DNA of 64,000 bases, from assembly GCA_951406725.2 (NCBI GenBank), contig OX597839.1:2418001-2482000 (forward strand), read 5' to 3'. The notes beneath the pieces are model-generated. The model saw only the letters and a list, made by a program, of their open reading frames with translations. It was not told the origin of the DNA and did not search any database. Source of the stretch: Octopus vulgaris. Taxonomy: Eukaryota. This document shows, in pieces, positions 1 to 11,015 of the stretch (position 1 is its first letter; every line of letters begins with the position of its first letter). Both the position numbers and the translations under genes were made by a program.

Positions 1-1337
1 GTGAAAATATACAACTTTATTGTCTTTTATTTAAAAAAAAAAAACTAGAATTAACAGTTGATTGCAGTTGTTACGACAAACATTTCGTTGTCAAATCAAA
101 TCGATCGATAAATATATATAATCATCAAATGATCGAATGACATATTAGATTTCGCTGATCGATACTTTTCTTGATTTCTTAACTTTTTCGTTATAAATTG
201 TAAATAACGATCAAGAATTGTCCAAGTAATAAAAGAAAAATTAAAGAACTATGTAATTTAATATAAATACTAATTAATAATTAGGTTCTTTTACATAAAG
301 TTTTTTTTTCTTTTTCAACTAATATTTTTAAAAGATACTAATTAACTGTACAGAAAATCATAAAATTAGCATTTTCGGGTGCGATAAGCACAAAAATAAA
401 TTATAAAGCCGTAATAGATGGGATTGAAACTGTCGATGCGGTTGTTTTTCTTTCTTCAGTTTTTACGTTCCTTTAAATCATTCATCTTCTATCTTTTATT
501 TGTTTCAGTCATTGGACTTCGGTCACACTAGGGCACCACTTTGGGGGGTTTTAGTCGAACGAATCGACGACCCCAGTACTTATTTTTTAAGCTTCGTCAC
601 ACAGTCAGTTTATGGGGACGTAAACAAACTAACACCGGTTTCAAACGGTGGAAGATAAACACCAAAACATACACAGAGAAACCTTTCAGTTTCTGTCTAC
701 CAAATGTACGCACAAAGCATTTGGGCCCCCTGAGGCTTATAGTAGAAAATACTTGCCCAAGGTGCCACGCAATGTGTCTGAAACTGGTCGGGGCGTAAAA
801 TTCTTACCACACATCCATAATTTCATTTTATTATTATTTTTTCTGTCCAGTGTAACAGTGAAATACACCAATTATTAATTTTAACGAAGCACCTTGTCGG
901 AGAGAATAATCAGTTTTGTATAACCATTTACTGGTTTCAAACACTAGACCACGGCGACCGAGCTGGAGCACTAACTTCTTTGAGGATTCTTTGGTCGATT
1001 ATTTCTATCTTCATCGATTTCAGGCTGGTTCTTTTTTTTTCCCCCGATCTCTGCCTCGTAAGGCTTCGTTTCCTTCTGACATTGAGGGAAGCAACTCGAT
1101 GCAATGTCTTACACAGGTAAGGAACCAGGCACATACGTTCGTTCGTACGTACATACTTACATGCATACATACATGCATGCATACATACATACATGCGAGC
1201 GTACGTACATACATGCATACACAGGGATATATACATATACACAAGTGTAAGTTCATACATACATTTATATATATACATGCATGCATACATGTATACATGT
1301 GCCCATACATATAGAGATACATACACAGATGCATGCG

Positions 1338-1379
<42 letters not shown>

Positions 1380-2164
1380 CATGCATACATATATACATAA
1401 ATACAGATGTACATTCACACATGCATCTATTTATACATGTATATACACACGCTTGCATGTAAGTATATATATATTGGTTTTAAATTTTGGTAGAAAGTCA
1501 GTGATTTCAGAGCAGTGGGCAAGTCGATTATATCAACCCCATTACTCAATTAGTATTTACTTTATCGGTCCTGTAAGGACGAAAGGAGGTCAACTTCGAC
1601 GGAATTTGAACTCTGAACATGAAACTGGATGAAATGTTACTGGGCATTTTCCCATTGTGCTAACAAATCTCTGCTGACAAGATATCAGTCGAGCTGAAAT
1701 CAGAGTTCACCGAGAAAAGATGTGCAATGTGAAAGAAGCCTCTAGACATGAAGAAGGGGAGTTCTCTAAATTTTTTTTTTTTTTTCCATCTACTAGGGAG
1801 AGGATCCCATTAGATTCTTGTGGGCACTAGCATGTGTGCTGCCTAAGGGGGCCCTTCAGTTTGCTGCCCCCTGCCTCCAACAAAAAATACATATTGCCTA
1901 CTGCAGACCCAAAAGTGATGCCTCCTCCTCTACCCTCTTCTAACTGTGCCAGTGCTTATGGGTTTGTAGCAGGAATTCAAAACCAAATCCCTGAATATGC
2001 AATCAGACATCTCAAGAAAACCACCAGAGTTTCACATGATTGGTCAATTAACCAACCAATCAGTTCAAAGCAATGGTGTGGACAAGTTTTCTTGAACATT
2101 CTCGGATTTCACTCCTGGTCTCCTATAAAAGCCGTTTGGTGCACATTTTTATAAGCCAGACAAA

Positions 2165-2663
2165 AGGCAGCGAGCTGGCAGAAACGTTAGCACGCCGGGC
2201 AAAATGCTTGTCTGCTGTTATGTTCTGAGTTCAAATTCCGCCCAGGTTGACTTTGCCTTGCATCCTTTTCGGGTCAATAAATAAAGTACCAGTTACGCAC
2301 TGGGGTCGATGTAATCGACTTAATCCCTTTGTCTGTCTTTTGTTTGTCCCCTCTATATTTAGCCCCTTGTGGGCAATAAAGAAATAAATAAGCCAGACAA
2401 CCCAGGAAAGCAACTGAGACAGATGTAGATATATTTCTTTATTATCCACAAGGGGCTAAACATAGAGAGGACAAACAAGGACAGACAAAGGGATTAAATC
2501 GATTATATCAACCCCAGTGTGTAACTGGTACTTAATTTATCGATCCCGAAAGGATGAAAGGCAAAGTCGACCTCCGCGGAAATTGAACTCACAACGTAAC
2601 GGCAGACGAAATACCGCTAAGCATTTCGCCTGACGTGCTAATGTTTATGCCAGCTCGCCGCCT
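2165..2663. mobile_element. Two tRNA-derived SINEs (family A) in tail-to-tail inverted orientation; other copies at 36225-36452, 42355-42555, 51167-51397
   Basis: A box TGGCAGAAACGTTAG, B box GAGTTCAAATTCC, tail GCCCCTTGTGGGYARTAAAGAAATA. Confidence 0.8.
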
Positions 2664-3271
2664 TCAGATGTAGATAGACGACAGGGTCCCCAGCCACCAC
2701 AAATATAGCACAATTGTTTGCATATGGACAGGGGTAGCTGTATAAAGAAGTGCTAATCTCTAACTGTGGAAGTGGTAAACTCAGGAAAACATGAGATGAG
2801 GTTGTGAAGTGTGATCTTCCAACATTGAGCCTCACAGAGGCAATGACAAGTAACTGAGACCTTTAACAATATGCTTTAACAATATGCTGTACTTGAGAAG
2901 ACTCATCAATCCAAATGAAATCATTGTTGCGGTTGATGCTAGTCTCACGTAAGTTGCACTCGTGCTGGTGGCACATAAAAACGCTCATACTGATGGCATG
3001 TAAAAAGCGCCCATTACACTCTTGGAGTGGTTGGCATTAGGAAGGGCATTCAGCCATTGAAACGATGTCAAATCTGACTGGAACTTGGTGCAGTTCTCCA
3101 GCTTACTAGTTCCAGTCAAACTGTCTAACCCTTGCCAACATAGAAAGCAGATGCTAAATTATGATGATGATGATGATGAGGACACACACACACATACACA
3201 TACATATATAGTTTTGGGTGTTTAATAGATTTATATTAAATCATTAGTAGTACATGTTAAGGTGGCAGGAT

Positions 3272-3371
3272 NNNNNNNNNNNNNNNNNNNNNNNNNNNNN
3301 NNNNNNNNNNNNNNNNNNNNNNNNNNNNNNNNNNNNNNNNNNNNNNNNNNNNNNNNNNNNNNNNNNNNNNN
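3272..3371. other. Assembly gap (100 N)
   Basis: Run of N. Confidence 1.
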
Positions 3372-3502
3372 GTTTGTATCGTCTAGCTGTCGTTGGTGAC
3401 CCGGAAGCGATTTTCCTGTTTTCTATGTAAAGTAGTTTTTTTTGTTTTGTTTCTTTTTTTCCTTTCATTTCACAAAGTTAGGAAGTTTTTCCTACTCGCG
3501 CG

Positions 3503-4060
3503 ATGGCAACCTTATACAATGAAATGTTGGTAAAGCTCAGCGATAACATCTCAGATAATAATCTACAAGCACTGAAGAATCATTGCAAAGGTAAAATTCC
3601 ACAGGGGAAACTAGAAGATATTAGGGATGGTTATAAACTCTTTCAAGCGCTTGAAGAAAGCGATGTACTTAGCTGCCAGAAACTTGATTTCTTGAGAAGC
3701 ATGTTTAAGGCATGTAAACTTCAGACGTTTGCGGATTTTGTCGATTATTTTGAGAGAAACGGGAAACTTTCAGATATAATATTTAATTCATCGTCACTCG
3801 ATGATGCTATAAATTACGTGGTGGATCATATAGGCTCAAGAGATTGGAGGTTTATGTTTCGCGATTTGGGTGTCGGAGAAACAGACATTGGTTATATTAT
3901 GGATGAACACCCGAGAAATGTACGCGAACAGATCTACCAGTGTTTCATGTTGTGGAAGTCGAGACAAGGATCGAATGCTACGATACACAGGTTGACACAA
4001 ATTTTGAGAAGATTACATCGAAACGATATTTTAGAAGGATTACGGAATCTCAACGGATAA
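3503..4060 (+). CDS. FADD: FAS-associated death domain protein (DED + death domain), single coding exon, 185 aa
   Basis: N-terminal DED (YNEMLVKLSDNISDNNLQALK...KLEDI...LFQALEE...LDFLRSMF) followed by a C-terminal death domain (DAINYVVDHIGSRDWRFMFRDLG...NVREQIYQCFMLWKSRQGSNAT...LRRLHRNDI). Size and domain order match FADD. Confidence 0.9.
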   Translation: MATLYNEMLVKLSDNISDNNLQALKNHCKGKIPQGKLEDIRDGYKLFQALEESDVLSCQKLDFLRSMFKACKLQTFADFVDYFERNGKLSDIIFNSSSLDDAINYVVDHIGSRDWRFMFRDLGVGETDIGYIMDEHPRNVREQIYQCFMLWKSRQGSNATIHRLTQILRRLHRNDILEGLRNLNG

Positions 4061-4896
4061 CATTAAGTGGTTGTTATTGCTTTTAATTGATTACACTATA
4101 TTTTTTCTAAAAATCCAACCAAGTGCCCCTTAGTCCTCGCCCTCCTTTCACCGTGTATGTTGTTATTGTTGTTAAGGCGGCGGCAAACTATCAGAATTAA
4201 CGTGTCGGATGAAATGTTTTGCATTATTTCTTCCGGGTTTACATTCTGAATTCGGGTGCTGCCAGGATCGACTTTGCCATTCATACTTTTGGGATCGGAA
4301 AAATAAGTATCCGTTAAATACTGAGGTCCAGCTGACTTTTCTTCTTCCCTAAAATTTCAGACCTTTTACCATAATTACAAAAAAAAAACGTTGTTATTGC
4401 TTGACATTAATCCTACTTAGACTTCAACTGACAGACTTCGAATCGATATGTAACTTCTACCTATTAAATATAACATAATATAATATAATACAGCATGATA
4501 TAATATATATACTAATGTATTTAATTCTATTTTGTTTCTACAAACGTACACGTCTATCTGTTTATCTATCTATACACGAACTTAACCAACTGTTACCTTC
4601 ACAGCCTTTAAAGTTTTCATGTTTACTCGTCGTATCAAATGATTCTGTTATTGTTTCATATTCTTGTTATTTAACCGCCACTTCTTGGAGGCAAGTACGT
4701 TCCTTTAGTGATTAGTCCTGTGCATAATGTGTACTTATGACGGGATCCAGATACACTGTTGATTTAGGCCTACGATTTTAATAAGATTTTCTCTGGGTGC
4801 TTTGGGCGAAAAAGTGGGTGGACTTTTAGTAAAGTAATTCATTTTTCATATACCGTTTTAGTTTTTATATTCTGTGGTAAGTACATCAAGTACTTA

Positions 4897-4967
<71 letters not shown>

Positions 4968-5126
4968 CGTAACTCGTACATGTAATGTCTTTATGTAACA
5001 TTAATTAAATACAACAGGAAATAGTTTTAAAAAGTAAAGGTAGGCTAATCTCTACGTGGATATGATGGCGTTTGGGTTGCACTTCAAGTACCCGTTTTAA
5101 CTATATATACATACATACATACAAAC

Positions 5127-5183
<57 letters not shown>

Positions 5184-5713
5184 ATAAAACGGGTGTTTGA
5201 GGTGTAATTCAACCACCGTCTTATCCTTATGGAGATTAGCACACACCTACTTTCTAAAACTTTCATGTTTATACATGTATGTATATATATATATAGTTGA
5301 AATGTGAGTGATTTAAACACCACTGAAGTATGTTAAAGAATTTTAAACTATATTCTCTTTAATGGAACAGGATAAGTGTGTTTTTTTTACCTATATATGT
5401 GTGTGTGTGTGTTATACTCAGTGACCTTTTATAAAATATTACCGGTTTCGATATGTATGTCTGTGTATCTATCTGCTCAAATATTAAAAGTTCCAAATCA
5501 GAGATTAGGAAACAAAAATTTAGGAATTCAGAAAAATACTTGGAAATTAATATAACAAATATAGAAACACTTGTTTTGTCCGATTAAAAAAAATATTAAA
5601 AAAACCTCTTTAAACTGACTTCCGCGCTATTTCCACCTTTACTTTTAACCTATATATATATATAAATAAATGAAAGAATGGGGTCGAACGAAGATGTTAA
5701 CAAAATTCCTTTA

Positions 5714-5795
5714 CTCCCGACATATGTTTCGAAGACAACATGTTTTCATTCCAAAGGAATAAAGGGTGCATTATGCAATCTTCTCATCAGGAAAG
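5714..5795 (-). ncRNA. Minimal type I hammerhead ribozyme motif (Penelope-like)
   Basis: Minus strand CUUUC-CUGAUGA-GAAGA...UCUUC-GAAAC-AUAU-GUC|GGGAG: full core, stems I and II, palindromic stem III ACAUAUGU. Confidence 0.75.
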
Positions 5796-5910
5796 AAAGG
5801 GAGCCTTATATATATATATATATAAAAGTTTAAAAAGATATTCGTTCTAATGTTTTAGAATGTGCTTCTTTTTCGGATATATGAACTACCAGAGATTTAA
5901 TATATGTATG

Positions 5911-5971
<61 letters not shown>

Positions 5972-6096
5972 CGTGTCACTATCCATAAGTCAGGAAAAAA
6001 TGCAATCGTGTATTTGTCAGTTGAGGAGGTGTGTACTATACTATATATCCATTACGGCCGATCATACCTAGTGGCATATAATACTATACACTTCGA

Positions 6097-6138
<42 letters not shown>

Positions 6139-6249
6139 TATAGGGTGAAAAATTATTAATTTAATAAAATTAACAAATTTCACCCAGTCGGTATGGAAAT
6201 GAACCATATTCGGTAAAAACTTATACAAAAAGTTTTTTTATATATATAA

Positions 6250-6455
6250 CTAGCAGTATCGCCCGGCGTTGCTCGGGTTTTGTAAGGGAAATAACTATAA
6301 AGCATTTTTAGAGAGTTATAGCCAAAAAAATGCATTAAAAATGGAAAAAATATGATGGTAAATTTTTTTTTAAATCGTTGACTCATCGTAGACATTTTTA
6401 GAGAGTTACTTCCCTTATATTAAAAAAATATGCATTAAAATGGAAAAAAATGATG
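6250..6455 (-). mobile_element. Helitron 3' fragment (same family as 13738-14104)
   Basis: Reverse-complement match to 13916-14104, including the hairpin and CTAG. Confidence 0.7.
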
Positions 6456-6917
6456 CCGTGTCATAGTGCTAGTGCATGTATATATGTGTATATATATGTG
6501 TACATATTACATGTACATCTATATATATACATCTACACATAAAATACAAAGTTATATCTTGATATCGCTAGTGATAACAATACTCAAAATATATAACAGA
6601 CTGGAATTGTTAGCCCGTCTCTTGTAATTTCAATCAATTGTATCTTGTCCTCCCTCTTGTATAGAAGTGTGGCTACAATCCAGCCTACCTCTACTTCTGG
6701 GGGGGGGGATGCATTTTAAATTTTTTTCCGGGACATCCTACATCCCAGATATAAAGGTAAAAATAAAATATTTCCACTTTGCAAGTTCGAGTCGAGTACT
6801 CCCTTGCACACTCCGTTGACTCGAACCTTGCTTCTATTGTGGCGAATTTACCGCCTCTGATTAGATACCTTTCATAGCCGCACCAAGACACTTTTCGAAG
6901 GTGCTTTCCTCCATGTG

Positions 6918-8660
6918 ATTTCTTTATTACCCACTAAGGGGCTACGAAGAATGGCGGACATAACAAAACATGGGGACATAGAACATTATAATTAAACTTT
7001 ATGAAAATGAATTGTTAAACGAAAAAAATGATAAAATGAAAGCGATACCAACGGCCCCGTCCGTCAGCATCACTTACCTGTCCTTTGTTTTTCATAGTCA
7101 CTTGAATGTTCTTTGTCAATACGAATAAATTCCATATCCATTCTTACTCCGAAATACTCATCCATATTTTCCACGAATTCATCGCTCATTCTTATATCTT
7201 TCACCTCCCAATTCTCCCTTTCACACCTCCCCATAAACTCACCTATGTTCTTCTTTTCAATCACAGCATACCTAGTCTCTCCAACATCATACCATTTATA
7301 CTCTTCCATTAGACTTTTAACTTCTTTCTGTTCAGTCATAGTACAAATGTACGGCCTGGGTTCGATTTCAATCTCTTGTGTGTGTGTATTCTTTTTTTTC
7401 TTTTGTTTTCTTGTTGGGGGGGAGCGGGTGGGTTCAATGTCTGCATGGATAGGGTGGGACTCAGAGGGTGTGGGTGGTTTTGGGGTAGATTGGAGTTCCA
7501 TATTATTTTCTTTTTTTCCACGTATTCTTCTCTTCCTCTTACTTCCAGCTTCCTTCCATTTCTGTGTATTCTCTTCCTCTGTTTCCTTCTCCTCTGGTTT
7601 CTGCTTCTCTCTCTCTGGTTCGGAATCCATTTCTTTCCCTGGGGGAGGGCAGAAGGCTCTTATGTGACCCCTCAGGCCACACTTGTAACAACGTGGAGCC
7701 CTGCCCTCCACCCACACTCTCATGATCACGTCTCCCAGTCTGATGCTTTCCGTCAGGTCCACCAGTACCTCGGTCTCTGCCTGTACGTTCAGCTCCACCG
7801 TTACGCCTCTCCAGCCCTCGGACTTAACCGAGGCATGGAGAATATCCACTTCGTCCTCGTGGCCGCTGATCACAGCCGCCACAATCCATTCTGCCTCCAC
7901 GTTTGGTGGCACTCCCTCCACCCTTATTCGTGTAATCCTCCTGTTTAAATACGTAGGTAATAGGGTTACCTTTTCTGACTTCACCGCCTTCGCCGCCATC
8001 TTCCTCGCTGCAGACTCAGTTTTGAAATGCACAACTACGGTACCGTACTTGGATCCTCGATTCAGAAAATTTATTTCCTCCTCAGTTCTTCGCAGGCCTC
8101 CTCTATCCATTCCATGGTTACAACTTCTACCCTCTTCCTTTCGTTTGCGAACACCCTGTAAATAATGGTCCTCTTATCATACCATTCCTTTCTCCTGGGT
8201 GTCGGTGATAGTTCCACCTCACCGCTTTCCTTTTTCATGTATTTCTGGTAACTTGGCAACTTGGCCATGTCTACCCCTTTCTCTTCCGCCTTCTTGGTTA
8301 CACCGGCATAGGTATAACCCAGCTTCTCTTCCAAATTCCTTGCTGCCATTTCTAGCTCTTTCTCAGACATAGGCAGGTCTGATAAAGACTCGAAAATTCC
8401 AGCCTTTTCTTCCATCAGCTTCATTGCAATTGCCTGTTCCAGTTCCTCATCTGTCGTGGACAAGTCTGTTAGAGACTCATAGTCCATTTCCTTCTGTCTG
8501 ACAGACCGAGAACGGCCGCCAAAACAGAAAAAGTGTAACGCGCTGAACGAGCGAAACGCGAAACCGCGTCAACGCCGTTCAGAATTTCCACAACAACAAC
8601 AACGCTTTTTGTTCTTTTTTACCGAATTTCAGGAGCCGAAAAAAACACGACCTTTTTTCT
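6918..8660 (-). mobile_element. Non-LTR retroelement carrying only a gag-like ORF1 (CCHC zinc knuckle), frameshifted near 8085
   Basis: ORFs 8071-8487 and 7070-8110 join via a 1-nt frameshift. Contains CYKCGLRGHIRAFC and an RRM-like segment. CpG-rich 5' leader; 3' tail AGCCCCTTAGTGGGTAATAAAGAAAT ends at about 6918. Confidence 0.75.
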
Positions 8661-10096
8661 CTACATTGTATACTTTAATTTAATTTTTTATTATCCATCT
8701 GGACTATTCCATTTCTGCATGCTAATTTTATTTTTAATTTATTCCCATTCATGTGAAACCACTTATTCAAGTTCAAATCATTGATGCAATTTTATACCAA
8801 TTGCTATTTTTACTTTTGTTATGTTACGATTATATTATACTTTAGTTTGATTTTAATTATTACTTACTACATATAATTCAATTGTTATTATTATTTTTAT
8901 TGTTAAAGTGAAAGTATCTGACATAAAATAGAGAAACGTTTTTGTTTCACTTTTAACACAATACTGAAATAGTGGAGAAGATATGATATTGCTATGGGCT
9001 CGCTCTAGGCAAGAAGTTGAACATTTTTTTGCCCATGAAACTACATGGACCCTAAGTAAGGCATGTGTAAAATTTGAATGAAATTGGTTGTGTAGTTCTT
9101 AAGTTTTAGGGAAACACACAGACAGACAGACAGATAGACACACATTCTCAGTTTTATATATATCAAGATAACAATAAGGGTTTAGCAACAAGTTGCTTGA
9201 CCACATACCGAAAATTTTAGAAATAGCAGCCAAAAGACTGCTATTTCTAAAATGTTCAGTATGTAGTCAACCAACTTGTTGCTAAACCCTTATTGTTATT
9301 ACATATATATATAATTTGGAAAAACAGAATTAAGGGCTTTAAACCTTCGGACAGATAGATGATACAAAGGCGGACAAGAGAAACAACAATTAGAAGGACA
9401 GGCCAAAAAAGACGGGTCATTCTTGGCTTTCTTTCATCAGTCAAGTACCAGAAGTCACGACCATTGACTGGGTCTAAAATTATTGGTTGCCAGGAGACTA
9501 AGGGGTCCCACCAGCAACTACAATGCTATAATTATTATTTTTTTTTTTTGTTAAAACTATTCTTTTCCTCTGTCTACAAATACAGCCAGGCTGAAATAAT
9601 TAATGCATTTTTCCAGGAGTGAACAAATATTCTCAAACTTGAGGGTATGGGTCCCTTAGATACTAACATGGGCCCATATATATGGGTTATATATATATGG
9701 GTTATAATGATACAGGGTCCCACTTGCCATCGGGCAAGCTGACCAGTCTTAGAGTCCATAAGTCAGGAAAAAATGTACTCGAATATGTCAGTCAGTAGGG
9801 TGGTACACCTTGATGTGTCAAGTTTTTGCCACAGCCGGAGCCTCTCTTCTTTTCATATGCTGCCAGATTATCACAAATGCCTGTCTATCAAAAGGTTTAC
9901 AAAAAGGATTAATCCTTTCATAAAAAGAGATGATCCTATTTATACCAACGGGTTGATCAGAGACAGCTCCTAATTCTCTGGTTCAAGCTTCTTGTTTTAA
10001 AGTTGTCTAAATTAAAGTGTTTCAGGTTGATTTTTGTTCTGAACACTAGCTTATTAATCAAAATTTGTTTTGGATCTTTTCCTTTTGAACGGCACT

Positions 10097-10508
10097 TTAC
10101 TCTCTTTTACTCTTTTACTTGTTTCAGTCATTTGACTGTGGCCATGCTGGAGCACCGCCTTTAGTCGATCAAATCGACCATGGGACTTATTCTTTGTAAG
10201 CCCAGTACTTATTCTATCGGTCTCTTTTACCGAACCGCTAGGTGACGGGGACGTAAACACACCAGCATCGGTTGTCAAGCAATGCTAGGGGGACAAACAC
10301 AGACACACAAACCCACCCACACATATATATATATATACATACATGCAACAGGCTTCTTTCAGTTTCCGTCTACCAAATCCACTCACAAGGCATTGGTCGG
10401 CCCGGGGCTATAGCAGAAGACACTTGCCCAAGATGCCACGCAGTGGGACTGAACCCGGAACCATGTGGTTGGTTAGCAAGCTACTTACCACACAGCCACT
10501 CCTACGCC
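10097..10508 (-). mobile_element. About 410-bp tRNA-derived SINE (family B, CORE-like CCTTGGGCAAGT); copies at 490-795, 11462-11820, 16605-16988, 25173-25605, 29281-29700, 31022-31433, 55838-56256
   Basis: Near-identical dispersed copies with a pol III head, internal (TA)n/(CA)n and an (AAAAGAGT)n tail. Confidence 0.85.
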
Positions 10509-10830
10509 TTTGTAACATAATTTCTAGGTAACTAAAAAGTTTTAAACTTCGTATACTGGTAGAATGTGTTTATAAAACATAATTTTTTCTTGGCTTTATT
10601 GAGAAAATTCTATATGTTGTAACATATTTCGTCTTTAATTTCGAGCATTTCGGCAATTTTAACCAATCGCTGGCGTCTATTTAGGTAAATAACATTCTGT
10701 GCATAATGAATATGTCCCTCCTTTAAGAAACAGATTGGGTTTATTAAGGAAGGGCATCCAACTGTGGAAACCAATCCAAATCAGACTGGAACCTGGTGCA
10801 GCTCTCCAACCTTGCCAATTCCAGTCAAAC

Positions 10831-11015
10831 CGTTGAGGAACTAGCAAAAAAGCTTGGATTTGGTCATTCAACCATTCACTGACACCTGCGTGCCATTGGA
10901 AAAGTCAGAAAATTGGGTCAATGGGTTCCTCACAAACTTTCCAAGTCTAATCGCATGCAGAGAGTGAATGTGTGCTATTCTTTGCTGTCACATCTTATGA
11001 ATGAACCTTCTTTCA
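10831..11015 (+). mobile_element. Mariner transposase relic
   Basis: GQWVPHKLSKSNRMQRVNVC contains the WVPHEL-type motif. Confidence 0.7.

Noticed and set aside
916-1632. Overlapping YI/HT/CV-rich ORFs (also about 36900-37440)
   Set aside because: Artefacts of TA/CA/TACA microsatellites.
2165-2250. tRNA gene-like A/B boxes (also 19773 and 16030)
   Set aside because: These are SINE heads that continue into repeat bodies, with no complete cloverleaf.
7113-8165. Plus-strand ORFs of 147-190 aa
   Set aside because: Antisense shadows of the retroelement ORF1.
10054-10531. Recurring ORFs such as [19 protein letters not shown]
   Set aside because: Chance frames in SINE family B copies, not a protein family.
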